A stretch of DNA of 44,993 bases from Patescibacteria group bacterium. GTDB taxonomy: Bacteria > Patescibacteriota > Minisyncoccia > 2-02-FULL-40-12 > GWA2-44-9. How positions within the stretch are numbered: position 1 is the stretch's first letter; each line of letters opens with the position of its first letter. Positions 44,450 through 44,993 of the stretch are shown in pieces. The stretch lies in NCBI GenBank assembly GCA_038064515.1, contig JBBTSY010000005.1:3100-48092 (forward strand), given 5' to 3'. The notes beneath the pieces were generated by a model. The model was not told the DNA's origin. It did not search any database and saw only the letters and a program-made list of their open reading frames with translations. The position numbers were made by a program, and so were the translations under genes.

Positions 44450-44993
44450 ATGACCGAACAAAAGAAACTCCAACTGGTTAATATTGCGCTTAAGAAAAAA
44501 TTTAAAGATAAAAATCTCGTGTTTGGCTATGGCGCCATTGATGCCCGGATCGTTTTTGTCGGCGAAGCTCCCGGCGCGGCCGAGGAACGCGAAGGCAAGC
44601 CTATTACCGGCCAATCGGAAAAACTTCTAAACCAACTCCTCCGCTCCATTGGCGTGGACAGAAAAAAGGTATATCTGACAAACGTCCTCAAATATCAGAT
44701 GTCAGCGACTAAAGCTCCTACTTCCAAAGAGGTTAAATCGCACGTACCTTTTCTGAAAGAAGAAATCAAAACGGTTAGTCCTCAAATCGTGGTCACACTC
44801 GGCAATATGGCGCTGAATGGCGTCGGCTTGCGTCAGCCCCTTGATAATATTCATGGCCATGTTATCAATTTCGGCCATTACGAACTCCTGCCAACCTTCC
44901 ATCCCGATAAGGCGCTTAGTGATCCATTGGTAAAAATACTTCTTCAGACTGACTTTCTCAAGCTCAAAGAACTCTTGAAAATAAAACCGGTAG
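44450..44993 (+). CDS. Family-4-type uracil-DNA glycosylase. The 3' end is cut by the window edge.
   Basis: Translated by hand. It has the GEAPGAAEEREGKPITG motif and a C-terminal HP motif. The frame is open to the last base, which is why it is absent from the ORF track. Confidence 0.8.
   Translation, partial: MTEQKKLQLVNIALKKKFKDKNLVFGYGAIDARIVFVGEAPGAAEEREGKPITGQSEKLLNQLLRSIGVDRKKVYLTNVLKYQMSATKAPTSKEVKSHVPFLKEEIKTVSPQIVVTLGNMALNGVGLRQPLDNIHGHVINFGHYELLPTFHPDKALSDPLVKILLQTDFLKLKELLKIKPV

Noticed and set aside
1-44993. Many antisense or overlapping ORFs of 60-190 aa in the track (for example 3172..3693, 18299..18865, 20950..21411, 23277..23750, 30757..31188, 33334..33894), plus a check for CRISPR arrays, rRNA genes and transposases.
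   Set aside because: The ORFs lie opposite or inside confidently identified conserved genes or repeats and show no recognisable motifs. They are treated as shadow ORFs. I found no regularly spaced direct repeats, no rRNA-like sequence and no DDE or HUH transposase.

Overview
The window is a 45-kb chromosomal segment that looks like a small-genome Patescibacteria/CPR-type bacterium. rpsE is followed directly by rplO with no L30 gene. S14 is the short Zn-type form. Several r-proteins carry tail extensions. tRNA-Ile and tRNA-Ala are not embedded in an rRNA operon. Most genes are on the minus strand. They comprise the str-S10-spc ribosomal superoperon (rpsL, rpsG, fusA, tuf, rpsJ through secY), a comEC pair, nrdJ, ftsA-ftsZ, ybeY, rpsU, hisS, lepB, pth, rmuC and others. 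What stands out is how heavily this conserved backbone is invaded by repeat families and small accessory modules. (1) A 2.8-kb large-serine-recombinase element is integrated at the 3' end of tRNA-Ala. It has recognisable attL and attR sites plus an extra inverted attP-like junction. (2) A three-gene island with its own promoters lies between fusA and tuf. It holds two paralogs sharing a 170-bp identical module and a Phd/YefM-like protein. (3) Two families of about 130-180-nt structured elements show compensatory base changes. One splits comEC and the other sits on the stop codons of fusA and ftsZ. (4) A GC-rich palindrome (GCCTGCCTGC/GCAGGCAGGC) is dispersed in spacers and in frame inside rpsS, a Nudix gene and a yqeY-like gene. 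(5) A three-gene cassette next to tRNA-Pro is bracketed by perfect 211-bp inverted repeats, followed by a 610-nt ORF-free stretch. No CRISPR array, rRNA gene or transposase was seen. All calls come from reading the sequence and the ORF translations. No database search was run.
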